DNA of 60,204 nucleotides, the filler included. It is 9 parts of 9 records of this genome, joined end to end, with 100 filler letters (N's around TTAATTAATTAA, not from the genome) between each part and the next. Parts side by side here need not be neighbours in the genome. Positions count along the whole stretch, not along the records: positions 17,509 to 22,576 come from SRR31147125_49612; positions 22,677 to 30,131 come from SRR31147125_49690; positions 30,232 to 35,490 come from SRR31147125_49700; 6 more parts are not named here. One strand, given 5' to 3'. Below, piece after piece: positions 21,512-30,911 of the stretch. Numbering within the stretch: the stretch's first letter is position 1; every line of letters begins with the position of its first letter. The position numbers were made by a program, and so were the translations under genes. The notes beneath the pieces were generated by a model. It ran no database searches and was not told where the DNA came from. It saw only the letters and a program-made list of their open reading frames with translations.

Positions 21512-22576
21512 ATGAAGAGTACATTTAAGATTTTATTTTACGCAAGAAAAAACCAGGTAAACAAGAACGGAGAAGTTGGTATTATGGTTCGGATTACCGT
21601 AAATGGTGAAAATGCACAGTTTAGTTCTAAATTTAATGTTGACCCTAATATTTGGGATACAAAAGCAAACCGAGTTATTGGTAAATCGACCCAGATTAAA
21701 CAACTTAATTCAGCTCTTGAGAATATAAAGGCAACTCTCTTTCTTCACTATCGAGAAATTGAAAGGCTTGAATCTTTTGTTACAGCTGAGAAGATTAAGA
21801 ATGCATTCCTTGGCATATCGACTAAACGCCAGATGCTTTTGGTTGTTTTTAAACAGCATAATGACAACTTAATCAAACGGATAGGGAAGGGGATTTCAGA
21901 ATCGGCAGTTGGTAGATATGAGCGTACAAGGAAGAGGCTTGCGAATTTTATGAAGAGCCAGTACAATATTAACGATATTGCTTTAAAAGAAATCAATTAT
22001 AATTTCATAACTGGTTTTGAGACTTACTTACGTTCAACTTGCGATTGTAATGTAAATACAACTGCTAAGTTTATGCAACAATTTAAACGAATTATTATCC
22101 TTGCTAAAAATAATGGATGGATAAGTGCAGACCCTTTTGTGAACTATCAAATACGTTTGCAGAAAGTTGACCGTGGTTACCTTACACAAGAAGAACTCAA
22201 TATGATAATGCAGAAGAAATTTGCCATACAGCGAATTGAGCAAGTCAGAGATATTTTTGTTTTTTCTTGTTTTACAGGACTGGCATATGTTGATGTTAAA
22301 AACCTAAAAGAAAATGATATTAAATCTTCATTTGATGGAAAACTTTGGATTATGAAAAAACGTCAGAAAACAAATATTCAATCCAATATCCTACTATTAG
22401 ATATTCCTAAAATGATTTTGGAAAAGTACAAAGATGGGCATTCAAATGGAAGAGTTTTACCTGTTCTGAGCAACCAAAAAATGAATTCCTATCTGAAAGA
22501 AATTGCCGATTTATGTGGTATAGAGCAGAATCTAACTTTTCATTTGGCACGGCATACATTTGCAACTACTGTGACT
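21512..22576 (+). mobile_element. Bacteroidota-type tyrosine integrase of an integrative element next to tRNA-Arg, 3'-truncated
   Basis: Arm-binding N-terminus MKSTFKILFYARK..IMVRITVNG, RDIFVFSCFTGLAY, SNQKMNSYLKEIADLCGI, LTFHLARHTFATT. Confidence 0.92.
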
Positions 22577-22749
22577 NNNNNNNNNNNNNNNNNNNNNNNN
22601 NNNNNNNNNNNNNNNNNNNNTTAATTAATTAANNNNNNNNNNNNNNNNNNNNNNNNNNNNNNNNNNNNNNNNNNNNAAAAAAAGGAAAGAAAATGCATAA
22701 ACTCTGACAAAATCTCTCCTTTCAAAACAAAGCTGTTATAGAAGTCGCT

Positions 22750-23220
22750 TTATTCACCGATTAGAGCAAAGAGATCAGCCATTTCAATCACGCTCATGGC
22801 GGCATCCCAGCCTTTATTACCGGATTTGGTACCAGCCCGTTCCAGTGCTTGCTCCAGTGTATCCGGCGTAATAACACCATTTCCGACAGGTAGCCCATAA
22901 TCCAGGCTGACCTGGGCCATTCCTTTTGTCACCTCAGCGGCGAGGTAATCAAAATGAGGTGTGGCACCACGAATCACAGCGCCTAAACAGAGAATTCCGT
23001 CAAACTTTTTGAGAGAGGCCAGTCTTTTGGCAGCGACCGGAACTTCAAATGCACCAGGAACCCATGCTATTTCAACATCATCTAAATTACCACCGTGACG
23101 AGTAATACAATCCAATGCTCCTTCTAAAAGTTTGCGACTGATCAGATCATTGAATCGGCTGACAACAATACCTATTTTTTTACCTTTTGCATTTAATTGT
23201 CCCTCTAATAGCTTTGGCAT
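22750..23220 (-). CDS. ribH: 6,7-dimethyl-8-ribityllumazine synthase
   Basis: [37 protein letters not shown]. Confidence 0.97.
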   Translation of the reverse strand: MPKLLEGQLNAKGKKIGIVVSRFNDLISRKLLEGALDCITRHGGNLDDVEIAWVPGAFEVPVAAKRLASLKKFDGILCLGAVIRGATPHFDYLAAEVTKGMAQVSLDYGLPVGNGVITPDTLEQALERAGTKSGNKGWDAAMSVIEMADLFALIGE

Positions 23221-23229
23221 GGGTTCTCC

Positions 23230-24482
23230 TTATAAATTTTCATCATGATCATTTGATAAATTTTCGTCACCATTTTGTAGTATTAAATGACCCATCTTGT
23301 CTCTTTTGGTTTCCAGATAAAACTCATTTGATTCATTAGGCGTGACTTCAACGGGTACCCTGTTGATGACCTGTAATCCATAACCTTCAAGACCCACAAT
23401 TTTCTTTGGATTATTCGTCAATAATCGGATTTTTCTTATTCCAAGTTCCCATAATATCTGTGCACCAATTCCGTAATCTCTCAGGTCAGGTTTATATCCT
23501 AATTCTTCATTGGCCTCAACAGTATCTCTTCCCTGTCCTGAAGGGCATAAGCTTTAATTTTTGCGGTTAGCCCGATGCCGCGTCCTTCCTGACGCATATA
23601 AAGAACCACTCCCCGGCCCTCTTTCTCAATCGTTTTTAATGCAAAATGCAATTGCTCCTGACAATCACATCGCAGAGATCCCAGAATATCACCTGTTAAG
23701 CATTGAGAATGCACCCGAACCAAAACAGGCTCATCGCTTGTTATGTCCCCCTTGACAATAGCTAAATGACTATATTCTTCCAACTCACTTTTAAAGAGAT
23801 GAAGTTTAAAATTGCCAAATTTTGTTGGAAAATCTACCCTGGATACTTCATCAATTAATTTTTCATTACGTCGTCGATATTCGATAAGGTCCTGTACCGT
23901 GATCATCACCATATCAAATTTTTTAGCCATTTTAGTCAGACTTGGGATTCTGGCCATTGTTCCATCTTCATCCATAATTTCGCACAAAACCCCGGCTGGC
24001 TTACAGCCAGCAAGCTTTGCCAGGTCAATGACTGCTTCCGTATGTCCGGCCCGCCGTAAAACACCACCCTGTACAGCGGCTATAGGAAAGATATGACCAG
24101 GTCTTGCGAAATCAGAAGGAATCGCCTCCGGATCAATTAAAGCCCGGATTGTTTTGGCTCTGTCACTGGCAGAAATCCCTGTATCCGTTCCATGGCGATA
24201 ATCGACAGAAATAGTAAAAGCCGTACCTAATAAGGCCGAATTTTGATAAACCATGGGATCAATATCCAGTTTTTCAAGCCGTTCATGCGTCATCGGTACG
24301 CATATCAAACCTCGTCCGTGTATTGCCATAAAATTTATTTGTTCCGGAGTTGCCTTTTCGGCAAGCATTATAAAGTCACCTTCATTCTCACGATCTTCAT
24401 CATCCACGACGATGATGATCTTGCCGGCACGCAGTTCTTCAATGGCTTCTTCAATGGTATTAAATTTATATTTACCGTGCAA
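23230..24482 (-). CDS. ribBA: Bifunctional DHBP synthase/GTP cyclohydrolase II (1-nt frameshift near 23535)
   Basis: [38 protein letters not shown]. The shifted frame continues [40 protein letters not shown]. Confidence 0.94.
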
Positions 24483-24511
24483 TTTTGTACCCTCTTTTCA
24501 GTATGTAAAGA

Positions 24512-25150
24512 TTAAAAACCCCATTCATCCAGTTTATTCCAGGAAATTCGACCTGTATTTTGATAGGGTTGTATTAATTTGTTTATATATTTGCCGAGAA
24601 TATCTACCTCGATATTGACATTATCCCCGGTTTTTTTTTGTTTCAGCGTAGTAGAGTTAGCCGTAAAAGGGATTATGGCAATAGATACAAGCGTGTCTTT
24701 TATTTTCGCAATGGTCAGGCTTACGCCATCAATGCAAATAGATCCTTTTTCCACCATAAGTGGAGTTAATTCATCTGAGACATGAATAGTTAACCACAAT
24801 CCGGGATCTCTTGATTCCAGCGCTGTAATGCGTCCGATACCATCTACATGCCCCTGGACAAAATGCCCCCCAAGTCTCGTATCCGCTCTTACAGCCCGTT
24901 CAAGATTCACCGGAGAACCAACTTTAATATACGACAGATTTGATCGTTCGAGTGTTTCACCTACAGCTTCAACGGAAAAAACATCATTGCTATAATTGAC
25001 AGCTGTTAGACAAATTCCGTTAATAGCAATACTATCACCCAGAGCTAAATCTTTTATAACCACTTTTGAACGAATATGTATTCGAAGCCCTTGACCAATA
25101 TTTTCAATTTTTTCTATAATTCCGATTTCTTCGACAAGACCTGTAAACAT
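24512..25150 (-). CDS. ribE: Riboflavin synthase (alpha chain)
   Basis: MFTGLVEEIG, GDSIAINGICLT, GGHFVQGHVD, KGSICIDGVSLT, NIEVDILGKY. Confidence 0.96.
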   Translation of the reverse strand: MFTGLVEEIGIIEKIENIGQGLRIHIRSKVVIKDLALGDSIAINGICLTAVNYSNDVFSVEAVGETLERSNLSYIKVGSPVNLERAVRADTRLGGHFVQGHVDGIGRITALESRDPGLWLTIHVSDELTPLMVEKGSICIDGVSLTIAKIKDTLVSIAIIPFTANSTTLKQKKTGDNVNIEVDILGKYINKLIQPYQNTGRISWNKLDEWGF

Positions 25151-25158
25151 GAGATATT

Positions 25159-26286
25159 TTATTCCTGGTGCTTAAAGTTTGCAGAGATCATTAAATCACC
25201 ATGATTGATCATTTTTACAGTTAAATTTTCCAGCTCTATAGCTGCATTGATATTACGAATACCTAAATCACCAATCGCATCAATCCCGGTTCCCAATATT
25301 TTAGGCGCCATAAAAATGACAATTCTGTCAGCATTTCTACCTTTTATACACTCTGTCTGGACACTACTTCCACCTTCAATAAGGATAGATGTAATACCCA
25401 TATTACCAAATGTTGGCCATAATACATTTTGAGGAACCCAACCTCTGCTATCCGCCTCAAGAACAAGCACTTTGGCTCCCCTTTCCTCAATTCGGGAAAT
25501 TTTTTCCTTAGAAGCAACATCTGTTGTAACAACAGTGGTTCCAACTGCCAGCTCGGCATTTAACACATTTGCATCTAAAGGGATACGCAGTTGACTATCC
25601 AGGACAATTCTTTTTGGTGATTTTCCCTTTACATAACGCGTCGTCAGTATCGGATCATCTGTAAGAATTGTTCCGATACCAGCAAGTATGGCATCATTCT
25701 CTGCTCGAAGGCGATGTGCGCACACACGTGTGTCCTGAGCTGTAATCCATTTGGAATTACCCGTACTCGTAGCGATTCTGGCGTCCAAAGTTTGAGCGAT
25801 TTTTATTGTTAAAAATGGCTTACCTGTGGAAATATATTTCGCATATGCCTGGTTTAACTCGAAACATTTATCTTCCAATACCTGCTCTGTGACTGTTATA
25901 CCTTTGGAACGCAGGTATTTTATACCCTTTCCATTAACAATAGGATTCGGGTCTTTCATACCAATAACAACACGACTAATACCAGCTTCAACAATTTTTT
26001 CCGTACAAGGTCCTGTTTTACCTTTATGTGCACAGGGTTCTAAATTTACATAAATTGTAGAACCTGCAACAGCGTCCCCGGCGTTGTCAATAGCATTAAC
26101 TTCAGCGTGAGCTTGCCCATATTTTTCATGAAAACCCTCACCCACTACCTTGTCATCCTTGATTACTAAGGCTCCCACCATCGGATTGGGACTTACATGA
26201 CCTCTTCCTCGCTCAGCGAGCTTGAGAACACGTTTCATAAAAGCCACGTCCCTTTTCTCTTGATTCTGATCTACTGGATTACTCAA
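25159..26286 (-). CDS. ribD: Riboflavin biosynthesis deaminase/reductase
   Basis: PNPMVGA, HAEVNA, LEPCAHKGKTGPC, SKWIT, ILIEGG. Confidence 0.96.
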   Translation of the reverse strand: MSNPVDQNQEKRDVAFMKRVLKLAERGRGHVSPNPMVGALVIKDDKVVGEGFHEKYGQAHAEVNAIDNAGDAVAGSTIYVNLEPCAHKGKTGPCTEKIVEAGISRVVIGMKDPNPIVNGKGIKYLRSKGITVTEQVLEDKCFELNQAYAKYISTGKPFLTIKIAQTLDARIATSTGNSKWITAQDTRVCAHRLRAENDAILAGIGTILTDDPILTTRYVKGKSPKRIVLDSQLRIPLDANVLNAELAVGTTVVTTDVASKEKISRIEERGAKVLVLEADSRGWVPQNVLWPTFGNMGITSILIEGGSSVQTECIKGRNADRIVIFMAPKILGTGIDAIGDLGIRNINAAIELENLTVKMINHGDLMISANFKHQE

Positions 26287-26526
26287 GGTAGCACCTTCAT
26301 TTAATTATATTACGAGAAACTGTAATTTAAAATATTAAAAAAAGTGATAACGATTTTCCTGATTGCTGAATAATAACATCTTTTTTTATTTGTACCGGCA
26401 TTCTATCAAAAAACAATCGTCTCAACAACTGGAACAAATAGTATCAACTAATTTTCAGTGCCAAAAAATAGCTATAATAAAAAAGTAAATCAAGTAAATT
26501 CTACCCTATCCTATTTAAAAGGCTGG

Positions 26527-26603
26527 ATCCATAATATAGTGAGCATATTGAACTACAAACTACAAATTGACGTCAAATAAAAAAATAGTACTAAATATTG
26601 ATG
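26527..26603 (+). promoter_or_regulatory. Three NrdR-box-like sites upstream of nrdJ
   Basis: Cores CATAATATAG (26530), CTACAAATTG (26560) and CTAAATATTG (26591) versus consensus CwAtATaTwG. Spacings are 30 and 31 bp. Confidence 0.7.
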
Positions 26604-26610
26604 ATTTCCC

Positions 26611-26639
26611 TTGACATTTGGGTAATCATTTTCTATATT
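26611..26639 (+). promoter_or_regulatory. Sigma70-type promoter of nrdJ
   Basis: TTGACA-17 bp-TATATT. Confidence 0.75.
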
Positions 26640-26903
26640 TTTCACGCGTTAAATAAATTAATTACGATAAGAATACGACTCCTACTCTCCCTAAACGCGA
26701 CTGATTTTCGGAAACGACAATTCTTGAATAGCGATAGGGTTCATTCCTTTCTGCAGTAATTCCATAGCAAAAGAAATCGTAGATACAAAGTTTAATACGA
26801 TATTGTAGCAATGTAAAAATAACCAGATTTATAACAAGCTGTAAATCGTGTAATCCACAATGCTCCCAATTGTGATAGGGGACAACAACAATGAGGTAAC
26901 TTC

Positions 26904-29665
26904 ATGAGCACAATTGATAATTCTACTCAACTGAACTTTGATGCATCAGATAATTCAGGAAAAAAATCGAATGCAGGTGAATTAAACGATTTAGTGGATG
27001 AGAAAAAAGAAACTCTAAATATCCCCCGTTTTTTTACCACAGCAGAGAAACATCCATATGATGAGATCGAATGGGAAATGCGCTCAGCTAACATCACCAA
27101 TGACAAAGGAGATGTCCTGTTTGAAAGAAAAGACATCAAGGTACCCAAGGAATGGTCACAAACAGCAATCAACATCGTTGCTTCCAAATACTTTCACACC
27201 TATAAAGATACTCAAAAACCTGAGACAAGCATTAAACAATTGGTCGATCGAGTCGCGAAAACCATCACCCGTTGGGGTGTAGAAGGTAATTATTTTACTA
27301 GCGACGATGCAAAGATATTTGAAGCTGAACTCACTCATTTACTCGTAAATCAAAAAGCCGCTTTTAACAGTCCTGTATGGTTTAATATGGGAGTAGAAGA
27401 CAAGCCACAGTGCTCTGCCTGTTTTATCAATTCCGTTGATGATACGATGAATTCAATATTAGAATTAGCGAAAACAGAGGGTCTTCTTTTTAAATGGGGT
27501 TCCGGAACCGGAACAAATTTTTCCACACTCCGCTCCTCAAAAGAAAAATTGTCGACAGGTGGTCATGCATCCGGCCCGGTGTCGTTCATGCGAGGTTATG
27601 ATTCCTTTGCAGGCGTTATCAAATCCGGAGGAAAAACCCGCAGAGCAGCAAAAATGGTTATTCTCAACGCAGAACATCCGGATATTGTTGATTTTATCAA
27701 TACAAAAGCCAATGAAGAGAAAAAGCCTGGAAACTCATTGACGCCGGTTATGATGGCTCCTTTGGCGGCGAAGCTTATAATTCTGTTTTTTTCCAGAATT
27801 CCAACAACAGTGTGCGGGTAACCGATGAATTTATGCAAGCGGTCGCTCAAAATAAACAGTGGCATACAAAGGCTGTAACCAATGGAACAATAGTCGACAC
27901 TTATAAGGCAAGCGAATTAATGCAAATGATTGCAGATGCTGCTCATATATGTGGTGATCCAGGCATTCAATTCCATACCCAAATTAATACATGGCACACA
28001 TGCCCCAATTCAGCACCAATCAACGCTTCCAATCCCTGCAGTGAATATATGTTTGTTGATGACTCGGCATGTAATCTGGCCTCGATAAACCTTTTAAAAT
28101 TCGTCAAAGAGAATGGCGAGTTCGATGTTGAAGCATATCGTCGTGCCATTCACATATTGATTATTTCACAAGAGATCATTGTTGATAATTCAAGTTACCC
28201 AACAGATCGAATTACTGAAAACAGTCATAAATTCAGACCTCTTGGTTTAGGCTATGCCAATTTGGGAGCCTTGCTCATGTATTATGGATTTCCTTATGAT
28301 AGTGATGAGGGCAGAGTTTTAGCTTCCACAATAACATCGTTATTAACCGGACAGGCCTACCTCTCCTCTGCTATATTGGCAAGCTCTGTTGGACCATTTG
28401 AAGATTATAATATAAATCGCAAACCCATGTTAAAAGTTATGCAAAAACATATGTTGGCCATTGATGACATTGACAACCAATGTATTCCTGAGGAACTCGT
28501 TAATGAAGCAAAAGATGTGTGGCTAGATGCCATTGAAACAGGTGAACGATATGGCTATAGAAACGCTCAGGTCACAGTTATTGCGCCAACCGGAACAATA
28601 GGCTTTATGATGGATTGCGATACGACCGGTATAGAACCGGATATTGCACTTGTTAAATATAAAAAACTGGTTGGAGGCGGTTTCATAAAACTGGTCAACA
28701 ATACTATAGCTCCAGCGTTAAAAAGATTAGGATACCCTCAGGAGAAAGTGGATAAAATCATTAAATTTGTTGAAGAAAATGATACCATCGAGGGAGCCCC
28801 GAATCTAAGTGAAAAACACCTATCCGTATTTGATTGTGCTTTCAAACCTGCCAATGGAACCAGGTATATTGAACATATGGGACATATTCGAATGATGGCT
28901 GCGGTTCAGCCATATATTTCCGGTGCCATATCCAAAACCGTAAATATGCCGACTGAATCGACACCTAAAGACATTGCTGAAACATATATGCAAGCCTGGA
29001 AACTAGGACTTAAATCAATTGCTATTTACAGGGACGGATCAAAAAGAACTCAACCTCTTACCGCCTCAAACGGCCAGAAGAATAAGAAAGAAACAGGGCA
29101 TCAGATTGGAAAAAGACGTAAATTACCTGATGAGCGACGAGCGCTAACGCATAAATTCTCGATCGGTGGTCATGAGGGTTATATAACTGTTGGAGAATAT
29201 GAGGATGGTTATCCAGGTGAAATATTCGTTGTTATGGCAAAAGAAGGTTCAGTGGTTTCGGGTCTGATGGATTCCTTTGCAACTGCTATTTCAATCGGAT
29301 TACAATATGGTGTTCCACTAAAATTTCTTGTTAACAAATTCAGCCATACGCGATTTGAGCCATATGGATTTACGAACAATCCGGAAATACCGATTGCAAA
29401 ATCGATCAGTGATTACATATTTAGATGGCTGGCGACAAAATATCTGAAAAAAGAAGAGCAGCCTAAAGAGACAGAGCCAACTTCAGGCATGACCGAATTT
29501 GAAAAGGCAAATATCGACAAACAAATGAAAAATATGCAGCAGGAAAAAAAGGTTTTCGAAACGCAAGCCGATGCTCCACCCTGCACGTCATGTGGTGCTA
29601 TAATGGTCAGAAATGGTTCCTGTTATAAATGTTTAAATTGTGGTGAAACAAGCGGTTGTTCCTGA
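26904..29665 (+). CDS. nrdJ: Class II (B12-dependent) ribonucleotide reductase with C-terminal TSCPD/Zn-ribbon region (frameshift in the A5 run at 27720-27724)
   Basis: AFNSPVWFN, PQCSACFI, SGGKTRRAAKM. One extra A restores EEKKAWKLIDAGY..FQNSNNSVRV. Also ASNPCSEY, IAPTGTI and C-terminal CTSCG..CYKCLNCGETSGCS. Confidence 0.95.
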
Positions 29666-29692
29666 TCTCCTGAGAAACTGTGAGAAATAACA

Positions 29693-29733
29693 GAGGCCTG
29701 CTGATTTTCCATTGAGGAGAAAAACCAGGCCTC
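29693..29733 (+). terminator. Possible stem-loop/terminator after nrdJ
   Basis: GAGGCCTG...CAGGCCTC inverted repeat. No strong T tract. Confidence 0.4.
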
Positions 29734-29890
29734 AAGATCCTTAAAAAATTCGATTTCATGAATAATGTGCTCAAGAATCTTCCAATTTTTTCACAACTGG
29801 ATAAAATAGTCGTTTTTCATTTTTTTCGGTGATCTAACTGCTGACCATGCATGAATATTTTAATAAAATCGCATTTAAGGTTTTTTTTTG

Positions 29891-29919
29891 TTGCATCTGA
29901 TATTTCCAGGCATTATATT
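29891..29919 (+). promoter_or_regulatory. Sigma70-type promoter of the Trp leader
   Basis: TTGCAT-17 bp-TATATT about 35 nt upstream of the leader ORF. Confidence 0.6.
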
Positions 29920-29952
29920 TTCAAAAATTAATAATAACATTAAAGATTGAAA

Positions 29953-30024
29953 ATGATCAACAAAAATCAAAATATGACAACATTACAGTGGTGGTGGACC
30001 ATTTTTTTGGTGGTGCACTGCTGA
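29953..30024 (+). CDS. trpL: Trp leader peptide MINKNQNMTTLQWWWTIFLVVHC (alternative start 29974)
   Basis: Three consecutive TGG codons at 29989-29997 in a short ORF immediately upstream of alternative hairpins and a terminator. Not in the ORF track. Confidence 0.85.
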   Translation: MINKNQNMTTLQWWWTIFLVVHC

Positions 30025-30055
30025 CGATATCATAAAGTAATTAAACATAATTTAT

Positions 30056-30091
30056 CGCCGTGGATGCATCGCATTCACGGCGTTTTTTTTT
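30056..30091 (+). terminator. Attenuator terminator 1 (segments 3:4)
   Basis: CGCCGTGGATGC-ATC-GCATTCACGGCG, 12 bp with one GU, followed by T9. Confidence 0.9.
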
Positions 30092-30095
30092 AATC

Positions 30096-30131
30096 AGGCG
30101 CTGTGATTTAATTCTCACAGTGCCTTTTTTT
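30096..30131 (+). terminator. Second tandem terminator (segments 5:6)
   Basis: AGGCGCTGTGA-TTTAATTC-TCACAGTGCCT, 11 bp with one GU, with a T run reaching the contig end. Confidence 0.8.
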
Positions 30132-30231
30132 NNNNNNNNNNNNNNNNNNNNNNNNNNNNNNNNNNNNNNNNNNNNTTAATTAATTAANNNNNNNNNNNNN
30201 NNNNNNNNNNNNNNNNNNNNNNNNNNNNNNN

Positions 30232-30609
30232 AAAATAATGTAATAAGGTTGATGGGTTTTTTTAGTTTGTTGATTCTATTAAGGTTAAAGAGCCAAAAAA
30301 TAAGGTTTTCAAATCTGGTACGTTGGCAGGGTATACCTTATTTTCTTGCAAAGTTTTATTTTTAAGTTGCCCGGAATTTACATGAATTATTGTGTCCTAT
30401 TCCAGTGATTGATTTTCATTTTATTGTGATATTTTTTCGGGATATGAATTTTTCGCTCACATGTATTCAATATAAAAAGAATATAGATGTTATAATATTC
30501 TATTTTGCAATAAAAATAATGTAATAGGTTGATGATTTTTTGTATTGAAGTTATTAAGGTTAGAGAACAAAAAATAAGGTTCTCAAACCAGGCACGTTTG
30601 CAAGGTATA
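30232..30609. repeat. Two diverged copies of a ~100-bp non-coding direct repeat (30232-30335 and 30513-30609)
   Basis: Shared blocks AAAATAATGTAATA(A)GGTTGATG, TATTAAGGTTA, AAAAAATAAGGTT.TCAAA, GG.ACGTT.GCA.GGTATA. Confidence 0.85.
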
Positions 30610-30911
30610 ACTATAGTATAAATAAAAATGAGAACGAATCAAATGAAAATTGAAAAATATTGTCTGTTTTGTATACAAAATTGATAGAAATAAGGAAAAT
30701 ACAATAAAGGAAATAGCGTAATATACGATCCTTAATTCTTAAAACTGGGGTGAAAATAAAAAATATCTGGCACTTTAAAAAAAATCTTTTTAATATAGAC
30801 TACACAAGAGAAAGGTTGGTTCTTATAGTAAGTCAAGGATGTGGACAGGTTTTAAATAAAAACTCGATTGATTTTACGTTTTCGTCATAGGCGGCAGAAA
30901 AGGAGGACAAG

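Noticed and set aside
26290-26900. FMN riboswitch before ribD or cobalamin riboswitch before nrdJ
   Set aside because: Neither conserved core (AGGGCGGGGTGAAATTCCC or GGGAA..GGTG.AA.TCC..GCCCCCGC.ACTGT) is present.
27715-27730. Programmed frameshift or naturally split nrdJa/nrdJb
   Set aside because: The break falls inside the conserved EEKKAW segment in an A-run and matches the window-wide indel error pattern.
30316-30602. Sigma54 promoters inside the ~100-bp repeat (TGGTACGTTGGCA, AGGCACGTTTGCA)
   Set aside because: GG-to-GC spacing is 3 nt too short for -24/-12.
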